DNA of 64,000 nt from Myxococcota bacterium (GTDB lineage: Bacteria > Myxococcota_A > UBA9160 > UBA6930). Within the stretch, counting starts at the first letter, position 1; each line of letters starts with the position of its first letter. The position numbers were made by a program, and so were the translations under genes. The stretch lies in contig OZ245015.1 of assembly GCA_965223705.1 (NCBI GenBank), forward strand, positions 4,000,001 to 4,064,000, written 5' to 3'. Positions 38,789-47,904 of the stretch are shown piece after piece. The notes under the pieces are model-generated. The model did no database searches. It saw nothing but the letters and a program-made list of their open reading frames with translations, and was not told the origin of the DNA.

Positions 38789-41326
38789 ATGGGCCGGCGC
38801 CACGACCCGTTGTTTCTGTTCGCTGCATTCAGTCTGCTGGCGGTCACCGTCATCGGCGGCGTCCAGTCGAGCGCCTGGATCGGGAAGACATTCCCTGGAT
38901 TTCTCGTCCTCGAGAACCGGGTCATCGCATCCGCCGGCCTCGGCGACTGGCCCGCGACGCAGGGCGGCGAGATCTACCAGCGGGAAGTCGTCGCGGTTGA
39001 TGGCACTTCGCTCGCGCGCGTGGCCGATTTGCATGCCTACGTAGAACAGTTGCCGCCCGGGACTCCTGTCTCCTACCGCTTGAACCGGGACGGAACTACG
39101 ACAGAATACGTCGTTGCCACACGCCGCTTCAGCGGCGTGGACTACGCCCTCCTGTTCGGCTCTTATCTGTTCGCCGGGCTTGGACTCGGGATCGTGGCAC
39201 TTACGATCCGATATATGCGGCGGGAGGATCGCTCCGCAACGAGCAGTGCGTTCTGCCTGTGGCTCATGGGGATGTGGGCGCTCACAGCGACAGATCTCTA
39301 CGGCCCCTACAGGCTCTTCCGACTTCACTCGTTCCTAGAGTGTTTCTTGTTTGCGGCCGCCCTTCAGCTGGCGTTCGTCTTTCCCTACAGGCGTGCATGG
39401 TTGGCGAGAAGGCCTTCCTTGCTCGCCGTGCCGTACGGCGCTGCGGGCGCGCTCGCTCTCGTTACGCAGATAGGCCTGCAAGACCCCGACACGTATGTCG
39501 CCACCCACCTGTTCTCCATGGAGGCGCTTGCCGTTTCTATGGTCGTGCTCATCGCGATGCAGGTGCAGGCCTATTTCAAGCCGCCGGACTTCCGCGCGCG
39601 GCAGCGGGTGAAGGTCTTGGTGATCGGATCACTCGCCACGTTCAGTCCGCAGCTTGTCCTGCTCGCCACGACGGCGGCGAGCGGCGGTGCTGCGTCCCTC
39701 AACCTGATGGGCTGGAGCGGCGTCCTCTTCCCGGTATCGATTGGCTATGCGGTTCTCCGCGATGACCTGCTGGAAGTCGACAGCTTCGTCCGTCGGTCGA
39801 TTGGTTATATCCTGCTGACTGCGGTCGTCGCACTCGCTTACGCTGGGGCAATCACGGGCTTCGAGTCGTTGATTGTCGACCGTTGGGAGTGGGCGCGAGG
39901 GCTCTTCGTCCTGTGCTTCGCGGGTGTCTCGGCGATGGTGCTCCTCCCGTTGCGCAATCGCCTCCAGTCCACGGTAGATCGCCTCTTCTTCCGATCGGCT
40001 TGGGATTTTCGACGTCTCGTTGAAAACACGAGTGAGCGACTGACGTCGGCCACGGATTTGAACGTGGTCGCAGGACAGATCAGAAACGCGGTCGTCGAGG
40101 CCCTCCAGCCCGATGGCATTCACCTCTTGGTTCGGCGACGGACCAGCCCCGCATTCGAGTCGGTGCTGGCCGAAGGAGGATCGCTAGAAACGGCGATGGA
40201 GGTCGCACAGACCGCGGAGGCAGAGGCCGGCCCTTTCGACGTTCCCGGAAACGGGCTCGGCATTCCCTTCCGGATCGACAACTGGATGGTTGCCGTCCTG
40301 GTGGTCGGGCGGCGACTGTCGGGGCGCTACTACGGTGGCGATGATCGACGCCTCCTGCACACGTTGGCTCACCAGGGTGCCGTTGCCATCGACAATGCGT
40401 TGGCGGTTGAGCAGCTCAGGGAGTTGAATCGCAACCTCGAGCAGAAGGTCCAGGACCGTACCGCCGAGCTTCGCGAGACTCAATCACAGTTGGTACATCA
40501 AGAGAAGATGGCTTCCCTGGGCCAGCTCGTGGCCGGGGTCGCTCACGAGATCAACAATCCGATCAACTTCGTTCAGGGCAACCTGCACGTCCTCAAGGAC
40601 TATGCGGAATCACTGCGGTGCTACTTGCTAGGCCTTACGGAGTTGATCGATCCGGATGATTCAGACGTCCAGAAAAAGCTCGAGGACCTTCGGAATACGC
40701 ACGACGTGGAATACATCTTCGATGACCTCGAGGACGCTTTCAGCGGCTGTGAAGAGGGCGTAGAACGCACGACCACCATCATCCAGGATCTCCGAACCTT
40801 TTCCCGCCACGACTGCGGCGAAACCGCGACGGTGAACATCCACGATGGGATCGAGTCGACCTTGGCTCTCCTCAACAGTCGGCTCCGGGGTATCGAGGTT
40901 GTGCGCGACTTCGATGAACTCCCCTCCGTCGAATGTCTGGCAGGTCAGGTGAACCAAGTCTGGATGAATCTCCTCGCAAACGCCGCCGATGCTGTAGACG
41001 GGCATGGAAGGATCACCATACGGACGCGAACCTGTCCGTCCAGCATTCGGGTAGAAATCGAGGACGATGGATGCGGCATACCCGAGGCGCAGTTGGCGCG
41101 CATCTTCGACCCTTTCTACACAACCAAGGGGGTTGGGAGCGGAACCGGCCTGGGCCTGGCCATCACTTACGGGATTATTCGGCGCCACGGTGGGGAGATT
41201 CAGGTCACCAGCGACGAGGGCCAGGGGACGCGCTTTTCCGTAGAACTTCCGCGCGCGTTCACAGGAGAGGGCAGCCAGACAGGAGAGTTCCTCGTAATCC
41301 CCTCAACGGCCGAACAAGACACATAA
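38789..41326 (+). CDS. Sensor histidine kinase: PDZ-like periplasmic domain, multi-TM region, GAF-like domain, HisKA, HATPase
   Basis: VVAVDG..L PDZ-like segment, about 8 further TMs, L.TLA.Q..VAIDNA GAF end, H-box AHEINNP, N-box NLLANAADA, DDGCGI, FDPFYTTK, GTGLGL. Confidence 0.9.
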   Translation: MGRRHDPLFLFAAFSLLAVTVIGGVQSSAWIGKTFPGFLVLENRVIASAGLGDWPATQGGEIYQREVVAVDGTSLARVADLHAYVEQLPPGTPVSYRLNRDGTTTEYVVATRRFSGVDYALLFGSYLFAGLGLGIVALTIRYMRREDRSATSSAFCLWLMGMWALTATDLYGPYRLFRLHSFLECFLFAAALQLAFVFPYRRAWLARRPSLLAVPYGAAGALALVTQIGLQDPDTYVATHLFSMEALAVSMVVLIAMQVQAYFKPPDFRARQRVKVLVIGSLATFSPQLVLLATTAASGGAASLNLMGWSGVLFPVSIGYAVLRDDLLEVDSFVRRSIGYILLTAVVALAYAGAITGFESLIVDRWEWARGLFVLCFAGVSAMVLLPLRNRLQSTVDRLFFRSAWDFRRLVENTSERLTSATDLNVVAGQIRNAVVEALQPDGIHLLVRRRTSPAFESVLAEGGSLETAMEVAQTAEAEAGPFDVPGNGLGIPFRIDNWMVAVLVVGRRLSGRYYGGDDRRLLHTLAHQGAVAIDNALAVEQLRELNRNLEQKVQDRTAELRETQSQLVHQEKMASLGQLVAGVAHEINNPINFVQGNLHVLKDYAESLRCYLLGLTELIDPDDSDVQKKLEDLRNTHDVEYIFDDLEDAFSGCEEGVERTTTIIQDLRTFSRHDCGETATVNIHDGIESTLALLNSRLRGIEVVRDFDELPSVECLAGQVNQVWMNLLANAADAVDGHGRITIRTRTCPSSIRVEIEDDGCGIPEAQLARIFDPFYTTKGVGSGTGLGLAITYGIIRRHGGEIQVTSDEGQGTRFSVELPRAFTGEGSQTGEFLVIPSTAEQDT

Positions 41327-41423
41327 ACGTGTACGCAGAATCTCCTGGAAGCGCGAAGCCGCAAAGGAGATCGGCGGGTTTTCCCTCATGCGGCTTCCGC
41401 GAAAGGTCGATGGCTCGGGTACT

Positions 41424-42071
41424 ATGGAGCGGCGCGCCCGGATTCTCGCGGTCGATGATGAGCAACGTGGCGTGGAGCTCGTCAAGCGAGTCCTGCGCCG
41501 GATCGCCGACGTCGACACGGCAATGTCGGGCGAAGAGGGCTGGGAGCTGTTCCAGAGCTCCGACTTCGATTTGGTGATTTCGGATCAGCGCATGCCTGGC
41601 ATCTCCGGAGTCGATCTCCTCGCAAACATCGCGGAAGCATCTGCCGATACGGGAAGGATCCTGCTGACGGGGTATGCGGACACTGTGGACACCGTCGCCG
41701 CGATCAACCGAGCGCAGGTTCACGCCTACTTGAGCAAGCCGTGCCCACCCGACCAGCTCTCCGTAACCGTCGGTTCGGTTCTGGAACGGGTCAAGACACT
41801 TCGCGAGAACCGGCGACTGCGGGATCTCTTGGAGATGAAGTCCGCGAGTGGCAGAGGTCAACTTGACGGAGCAGATCCCAACGTACAAAGGATTGCCGAA
41901 GCCCTGGCGGAGGCGGCGCATCACGTGTCATCAGCAGCCCACCAAGTCGGAGAATTGAGTGACGATCCGTCTATGATCGAAGACCTGATTCGAGCCGCAG
42001 AAGAAGTCGGGCTTCTATCCGAGGAGCTTCTAAAGTCGGCCGCTTGCGACCGCTCCATCAAGCGTCGGTGA
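41424..42071 (+). CDS. Response regulator (REC domain plus helical C-terminus, no DNA-binding domain seen)
   Basis: ILAVDDE, ISDQRMP (phospho-Asp), LLTGY, SKP. Confidence 0.88.
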   Translation: MERRARILAVDDEQRGVELVKRVLRRIADVDTAMSGEEGWELFQSSDFDLVISDQRMPGISGVDLLANIAEASADTGRILLTGYADTVDTVAAINRAQVHAYLSKPCPPDQLSVTVGSVLERVKTLRENRRLRDLLEMKSASGRGQLDGADPNVQRIAEALAEAAHHVSSAAHQVGELSDDPSMIEDLIRAAEEVGLLSEELLKSAACDRSIKRR

Positions 42072-44211
42072 CTTTCTCGCTCTCCTGTTGCCATTCTGCC
42101 TGCTGATTCCGCAGCATATTTTCGAACTCCGCCGCCGGCTTCGGCTTGCTGAAGCAGTAGCCCTGAATCTCGTCGCAGCCGTGATCACGTAGAAGACTCC
42201 ACTGCTCCTGTTCCTCGACGCCTTCGGCGACGACACGTAGGCCGAGTCCCCAAGCGATGGAGATCATGGCCAAGGTGAGGCTCCTCGCTCGCTCGTCCTC
42301 CACGACGTCCTTGATAAAGACACGATCGATTTTGATGCAGTCGATGGGGAGGTCGCGGAGATATTGCAGCGACGAGTAGCCGGTACCGAAATCATCGATG
42401 GCAATGCTAAAACCGTGTTCTTTGAGTTTCGTCAGAGTCGCCACAGAGGCGTCTCCGTCCAGCAAGCAACCTTCGGTGATCTCGAGCTCGAAATCTTCGG
42501 GCGTGGCGCCACTTTCGTTGACCGCCGACAAGATCGATTCCACGAAATCGGTTCTGCTGAACTGTCGAGGTGAAACGTTGACCGCGATCCGGAAGTTCGC
42601 GATCCCTTCTTCCCGCCAGGCCACGACTCTTTGGGAGGCCTGTCTCATGACCCATAAGCCCATGGGCACGATTAAATCGGCCTGTTCGGCGAGGGCTACG
42701 AAGCGATCCGGGGGTATCGGTCCGAGTTCTGGGTCGTTCCACCGTAGCAGTGCCTCTACGCCGCAAATTCGGCCTGATTGTGCTTCCACTTTCGGCTGAT
42801 AGTGAAGGTCAAGCGCGTTGTTCTCTAATGCGCTCTGCAGCTTGGACTCCAACACCACCGCCGCGTAGGCTTCGCGATTGCGAGACTCCGCCCAGTACTG
42901 ACAATGGCTCCGTCCCTCGCGCTTCGCTCCTTGCATCGCCTCTACAGCGTTGAGAAGGAGGCCGTCTACCTCCATCCCGTCTTCCGGGCCGACTGAGATA
43001 CCCACGCAAGCCGTGACGATCACATCGCGACCCCCAGCTGCGATGGGCTGGGCGATCTCATCGATGATTCGGCGAGCGGCCCTGCGAGGTGCGTCGCTAC
43101 CGCGGAGCTCGGGTAGCAAGAGCGCGAATTCGTCCCCCGAGAGGCGTGCCGGTGTGGGAAGGGAGATCGCATTGGAGACTTGCGTTACCCAGTCGCCAGT
43201 CCGGACCGAGTAGAGTAAACGGTGCGCGATCTGTCTCAGCACGCTATCGCCAGCGAAGCGCCCGAAGGCGTCGTTGATCTTTCGGAGCCCGTCGAGACCG
43301 ATGTGCAGCACCGCGAAGGAACCACCTCGGTGAGAGGCTTGATCGATCACTTTTCGCAGCGCTCCCTCGAAAAGTGCTCGCGTCGCGAGCCCGGTTAGCT
43401 TGTCGTAGAAAGCGGGGTCGCGCGGTGAGTTGATCGCCGTTTGAGTGCCAATGCTGACGGAAGCGCCGCGCACAACCTGGGGTTCGCGCCCCGGTTCTTG
43501 AACCAGCTCCGCGCGTGAGCTTACGACGATGCCTCCGGCATCGGAGTCCACGAGGCGGTGCTCTACGGCAAACGGTTCGTGTGTGTCTAGCATCGACTCC
43601 CAAGCGGCGGCGAAGTGTGCGCGGTCCACTGGATCGACGCGTTCGCAGAGATGGGCGAAAGACAGGGATTCCTTGCGCTGCGGCAACCCGAACATGGAAC
43701 GAGCCTCGGGAGATGCGGCCAGTGCCCCGTCCTCCAGAGAAACCTCGAAGCTTGCGAGTCCTGCAATCCGCTGAAGGTCCCGGAGGCGGCCTGACTCGTG
43801 GCGAGCGACTGCAAGTTCCAGCGCCGCACCGATCAGTGAGCGAATTCGATAGATGAGAAGGTCAGGCTCAGTTGTCTTGTCGATCAGGTCGGTGGCTACC
43901 GCTCGCTGCATGCACTTCGCTGCTTCTACGTCACCCGAGTCGCGAAGCACGACGACCGGCACATCGCCGGCGTATCGGTTGTGAACGGCCTCGCAAAGTT
44001 CAGCGGGGCCCGGATCCTCCAGATCGGAGCCGAGCAGCACGAGATTGGTGCGTGGTCCGAGCCGTTGGAGGAGCTCTTTCCCTTGGTTCGTATCGAGAAC
44101 TTCGAACCCCTGTTGCTCGAGGAGCTGCCGAAGCCAGGTCCTGTGTTCTCGATCGCGTTCGGCGATCAACACAAGAGGTTGTTTGGGGCTCTTTTCTCGA
44201 GCATGCGGCAC
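42058..44211 (-). CDS. REC-PAS-GGDEF-EAL protein, probable c-di-GMP phosphodiesterase
   Basis: Intact EALLRW and DDFGTGYSSL; SGDEF and HIGLD in the GGDEF domain; degenerate REC. Confidence 0.9.
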   Translation of the reverse strand: MPHAREKSPKQPLVLIAERDREHRTWLRQLLEQQGFEVLDTNQGKELLQRLGPRTNLVLLGSDLEDPGPAELCEAVHNRYAGDVPVVVLRDSGDVEAAKCMQRAVATDLIDKTTEPDLLIYRIRSLIGAALELAVARHESGRLRDLQRIAGLASFEVSLEDGALAASPEARSMFGLPQRKESLSFAHLCERVDPVDRAHFAAAWESMLDTHEPFAVEHRLVDSDAGGIVVSSRAELVQEPGREPQVVRGASVSIGTQTAINSPRDPAFYDKLTGLATRALFEGALRKVIDQASHRGGSFAVLHIGLDGLRKINDAFGRFAGDSVLRQIAHRLLYSVRTGDWVTQVSNAISLPTPARLSGDEFALLLPELRGSDAPRRAARRIIDEIAQPIAAGGRDVIVTACVGISVGPEDGMEVDGLLLNAVEAMQGAKREGRSHCQYWAESRNREAYAAVVLESKLQSALENNALDLHYQPKVEAQSGRICGVEALLRWNDPELGPIPPDRFVALAEQADLIVPMGLWVMRQASQRVVAWREEGIANFRIAVNVSPRQFSRTDFVESILSAVNESGATPEDFELEITEGCLLDGDASVATLTKLKEHGFSIAIDDFGTGYSSLQYLRDLPIDCIKIDRVFIKDVVEDERARSLTLAMISIAWGLGLRVVAEGVEEQEQWSLLRDHGCDEIQGYCFSKPKPAAEFENMLRNQQAEWQQESEKVTDA

Positions 44212-44544
44212 GCGGCCACCTCTAAACCTGGTGGGCTAAGAACCTTTGAGGCTTTTCGGTCGCCTGAAACGCCGGCTAAAGCAGCCGACTTGCGGGTGTC
44301 TGCGCGCTCGAGTTCGCCGGCGAAACCGAGCGCCCGGAAATCGGGGGGACAGACCCACTATGGGGCCGTCGCTAATCGGGCTTCCAGGGCCTCGAGCAAC
44401 CGCGTGTGCACGCCGACGGCATCGTTCGTCCGAGGTGGGCCTCCGTCAGGAGTGGGCTATGTGTCATTTTCTTCGCGGCCCCCGCTAGCACTGCTGAAAG
44501 CGCAGCCATTAGACGGCGGCGGGAACCAAGCAGAGAGGTGCGAC

Positions 44545-45417
44545 ATGCGAATCGATTCAGCTCTGGTGTCCACGGAGTGGCTAGCCAGCAACCTCGACAA
44601 TCCCGCGCTACGCGTCTACGACACCACGGTCTTCCTCGAGCACGATCCGGGAGGGTTCGGGTATCTGCCGACGAGTGGACGCGAGAAGTGGGAAGCGGAG
44701 CACATCCCCGGTGCGGGCTTTCTCGACATCGTTGACGACCTATCCGATTCTGAGGCAGACCTCCCGTTCATGATGCCGTCACCGGAGCGCTTCGCTTCGC
44801 GAATGGCCGATCGAGGCATTGGAGACGACACTGCGGTGGTGCTTTACAACCGCGGACTTCCGATGTGGGCGACCCGCGTTTGGTGGATGCTCCGTTCGAT
44901 TGGATTCGAGGATGTTGCGGTTCTCGACGGTGGAATTCAAAAGTGGCTGCGTGAAGGACGACCCGTCGATTCCGAGAAACCGAACCTTCCGCCCGGGCGG
45001 CTGACTGTGAACTACCGCCCCGAGATGTGGGTCGACCGCTCACAGATGCTCGATGTCGTCGAGTCGGGCGAACCCACGACGATCAACGCGCTCTCCCCCG
45101 ATGTCTACAGCGGAGAAAAGAACCAGTATGGCCGCCCAGGTCACCTTCCCGGGACGCACAACGTCTTCTACGGAACTCTGATCGACTCACAAACAGGAGA
45201 GTTCCTCCCGCCCGAACAACTCATGACGCTTTTCGAGGAGAGTGGAGCCCTGACGAGCGATCGGGTCATCACGTACTGCGGGGGCGGGATCTCCGCGACA
45301 ATGGACTGTCTCGCGCTCAGCCTGTGCGGGCAGGAGAACGTCGCGGTCTACGACGGTTCAATGTCCGAATGGGTTCGCGACGAAAGTCTTCCGCTCAAGC
45401 TGGGCAACGAGCCCTGA
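44545..45417 (+). CDS. Tandem-domain sulfurtransferase (rhodanese/SseA)
   Basis: LVSTEWL, HIPGA, RVWWML, GHLPG, active site YCGGGISA, VYDGSMSEW. Confidence 0.92.
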   Translation: MRIDSALVSTEWLASNLDNPALRVYDTTVFLEHDPGGFGYLPTSGREKWEAEHIPGAGFLDIVDDLSDSEADLPFMMPSPERFASRMADRGIGDDTAVVLYNRGLPMWATRVWWMLRSIGFEDVAVLDGGIQKWLREGRPVDSEKPNLPPGRLTVNYRPEMWVDRSQMLDVVESGEPTTINALSPDVYSGEKNQYGRPGHLPGTHNVFYGTLIDSQTGEFLPPEQLMTLFEESGALTSDRVITYCGGGISATMDCLALSLCGQENVAVYDGSMSEWVRDESLPLKLGNEP

Positions 45418-45468
45418 GGCCGATTCGGACGTGAGATCCAGGCCAGGTCAACACCGACGTTCTTTCGA

Positions 45469-46248
45469 TCACACTGAAAGGTCAAGCGAATCCACCACGT
45501 CGGGAGGGACATCGGCGAGTTTTGCGCCACCCAGGGCGAAGTAGTAGAGCGGCTCTCCTTCGATCGAAAACCGGTGGCGATAGCGCTGCAGTTGGTAGAC
45601 GTCGAGGTACTCCGAGAAGATGAGTTCTCGAATCAGGTGCGAGAATCCGGAATCGTCGCGACGGTCGAGGAACGTGTCCTTCACGTTGAAGGCGACCCAG
45701 CCTTCCTTGCCAATTAGGTTGAAGGCTTCGATGAAGGCCTTGGCCGGAATGTCGCCGAAGCCGAGTGCGGCGACGGAGACCAGGCAATCGGGGGACCACG
45801 ACTTGAGCTCGTCCCGATCGTCCGGGCTCAAATCCGAGAAATCCATCACGTAGTATGCATCGTAGACCCCCGGCCGATCCCGGTCGGCCGCATCTCGTGC
45901 CTCGGGAATGATGTCGACCCCGATGAGCCGGGACACTCCCTGCCCCTTCAGCTCATCCCCTGCGACCCCGTTCCCCGCCCCCAAATCGAGGACGCGCAGC
46001 TCCGTGAGCCGTTGGCTCGATTGGGAGACAGCGAAGCGGAGGACCTCGGCGACCACGGACGGGGACTGGCACCTCAGCCGGTCATACACCACCTGCTCGT
46101 ACAGGCCCGGGATCGAATAAATGCGATCGTAGTCGTGGAGCCTCAGCTTCTCGCGCGTTCCGCCGTCCTGGAGGTAGAAGTACACCTCGTCCTGACAAAG
46201 TTCGCGGACGTCGGTCGGCGGGAATTGAATACGGTGTCTAGGGGTCAC
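45469..46248 (-). CDS. Class I SAM-dependent methyltransferase
   Basis: VLDLGAGNG motif I, GVDI; GAGGTG RBS before GTG 46248. Confidence 0.85.
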   Translation of the reverse strand: MTPRHRIQFPPTDVRELCQDEVYFYLQDGGTREKLRLHDYDRIYSIPGLYEQVVYDRLRCQSPSVVAEVLRFAVSQSSQRLTELRVLDLGAGNGVAGDELKGQGVSRLIGVDIIPEARDAADRDRPGVYDAYYVMDFSDLSPDDRDELKSWSPDCLVSVAALGFGDIPAKAFIEAFNLIGKEGWVAFNVKDTFLDRRDDSGFSHLIRELIFSEYLDVYQLQRYRHRFSIEGEPLYYFALGGAKLADVPPDVVDSLDLSV

Positions 46249-46648
46249 TGGGCCACCTCGCAGATGCAAAACGTCGTTCCAGCTCGGGGCCTGCGGCTCA
46301 CCCGATGAACAAGCGCTCAGATCCGAGTATGGAAGGAGGTGGTGGAGCTTAGTGGAGGCGGCCTCAGTTCTTTCCCCAGCGGGCAACATTTACCAGAACA
46401 GGATCTGGGGGCGGGGGGCAGCCCTAGCGACAACAACAGGGAAACCACGCACGAAAGCGCGGATTTGTGTGACCGACACGCTTGGAGCCCCCTGTTCTCA
46501 GGGATAGCGCTCCGGAGGAACGCGACCTGGGACTAGAGCGGCCTCCACGGTCGACGTACGCGACGAGCACACTGTGGACGTCTCCGGTGACTGGCGAAAC
46601 CGGAACCATCAGGCGATCGATCGTGCGAGAGCTCAGGTAGCCCGTCGC

Positions 46649-47443
46649 CTACTCCCGGTAAGCGACGGGGTAGCGGGGCCCCTGAATCGGATCACCGTGG
46701 GACAGCTCCGGATCGTGCAGAAAATGGCTGGTGCCGGGGCCCGCGTAGTAGGTCATGTCGGAGCCTGCGTATCGCACCGTGTAACCGCGACGACGTCCGC
46801 GGCTTCGGTTTGGCGGCCCCCCATGCACGGTCATGGCATCGAAAGCGAGGACATCGCCGGGCCGCATGTCCCAAGACACGAATTCGTATTGCTCCCGGTG
46901 TGCATCGATGTCAGGGATGTCCACGTAGTCGGGATTGCGCTCGTAGGCCTTACCCCCCGTCGCGAAAGGCTCTGGCTGGAAGAACTGGCCCCAATTGTGG
47001 GACCCGCGGACGAACTCGAGCGCCCCGCTCTCCCGGGTCACCGGGTCGAGGGCCAGCCAGAACGACATGATGTGCTCTGAGCGAACCGGCCAGTAAGGGA
47101 GGTCGTTGTGCCAACGGGTGGGTGCGTCGGTGCCGGCTTCCTTTACGAAGAGCTGGTCGTAGTAGAGCTGGACGCGATCGACGCCGAGGAGGTCGCCCGC
47201 GAGAGCGGGGAGCGGCGACTCCAGGCAGTAGGCGGCAAAATCCGGGTCAGTCTCCCAGACCCGCATGTTTCCGTGAAAGCGGCCACCTCCTTCGATCTCG
47301 TAGCCGTGGAAACACGGACTCGGATTCGCGATGTCACGTTCGATTGCCGCGTCGAGTCGTTGGAGCCAACGGTCGTCGACGACGCCCGGCAACAGGATCG
47401 CACCGTCGCGTTCGTAGGCCTCCCGCTCTGCGTCCCGGATCAT
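46649..47443 (-). CDS. Phytanoyl-CoA dioxygenase family (Fe/2OG) protein
   Basis: YERDG..., WHNDLPYW (HxD), W.ALD, GDVL.F...TVHG; GGAGG RBS. Confidence 0.88.
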   Translation of the reverse strand: MIRDAEREAYERDGAILLPGVVDDRWLQRLDAAIERDIANPSPCFHGYEIEGGGRFHGNMRVWETDPDFAAYCLESPLPALAGDLLGVDRVQLYYDQLFVKEAGTDAPTRWHNDLPYWPVRSEHIMSFWLALDPVTRESGALEFVRGSHNWGQFFQPEPFATGGKAYERNPDYVDIPDIDAHREQYEFVSWDMRPGDVLAFDAMTVHGGPPNRSRGRRRGYTVRYAGSDMTYYAGPGTSHFLHDPELSHGDPIQGPRYPVAYRE

Positions 47444-47474
47444 CGGCCCTCCATCCGAAGAATCGTACCGCACA

Positions 47475-47776
47475 CACAACACCCGCAAGCGAGCGATGTG
47501 CGAAGCGCGATGCGAGCGCGCAGCGAGCGGAACGCGAGCGGAGCGGGGTGGCGTGGCTCAGCCGCGCCGGGACCACAACACCCGCAAGCGGGCGCCGTGC
47601 GAAGCGCGGTGCGAGCGCGCAGCGAGCGGAACGCGAGCGGAGCGGGGTGGCGCGGCTCAGCCGCGCCGGGACCACAACACCCGCAAGCGGGCGCCGTGCG
47701 AAGCACGGTGCGAGCGCGCAGCGAGCGGAACGCGAGCGGAGCGGGGTGGCGCGGCTCAGCCGCGCCGGGACCACAA
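47475..47776. repeat. Three tandem 99-bp palindrome-rich repeats plus 5 nt of a fourth
   Basis: Units start at 47475, 47574 and 47673 (cacaacacccgcaagcg...ggcgcggctcagccgcgccgggac); copies 2 and 3 are nearly identical and copy 1 is slightly diverged. Confidence 0.95.
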
Positions 47777-47778
47777 AG

Positions 47779-47871
<93 letters not shown>

Positions 47872-47904
47872 GCAGAGCGGATGGTACAGAAATGACCTCC
47901 GCCT

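Noticed and set aside
46249..46648. tRNA/tmRNA fragment or ncRNA in the 400-bp intergenic region (ggtggagcttagtggaggcgg)
   Set aside because: The resemblance to tRNA or tmRNA 3' ends is only about 8-9 nt with no T-arm; no supportable structure.
47475..47776. CRISPR array
   Set aside because: Units are contiguous 99-bp near-identical repeats with no unique spacers, and there are no cas genes in the window.
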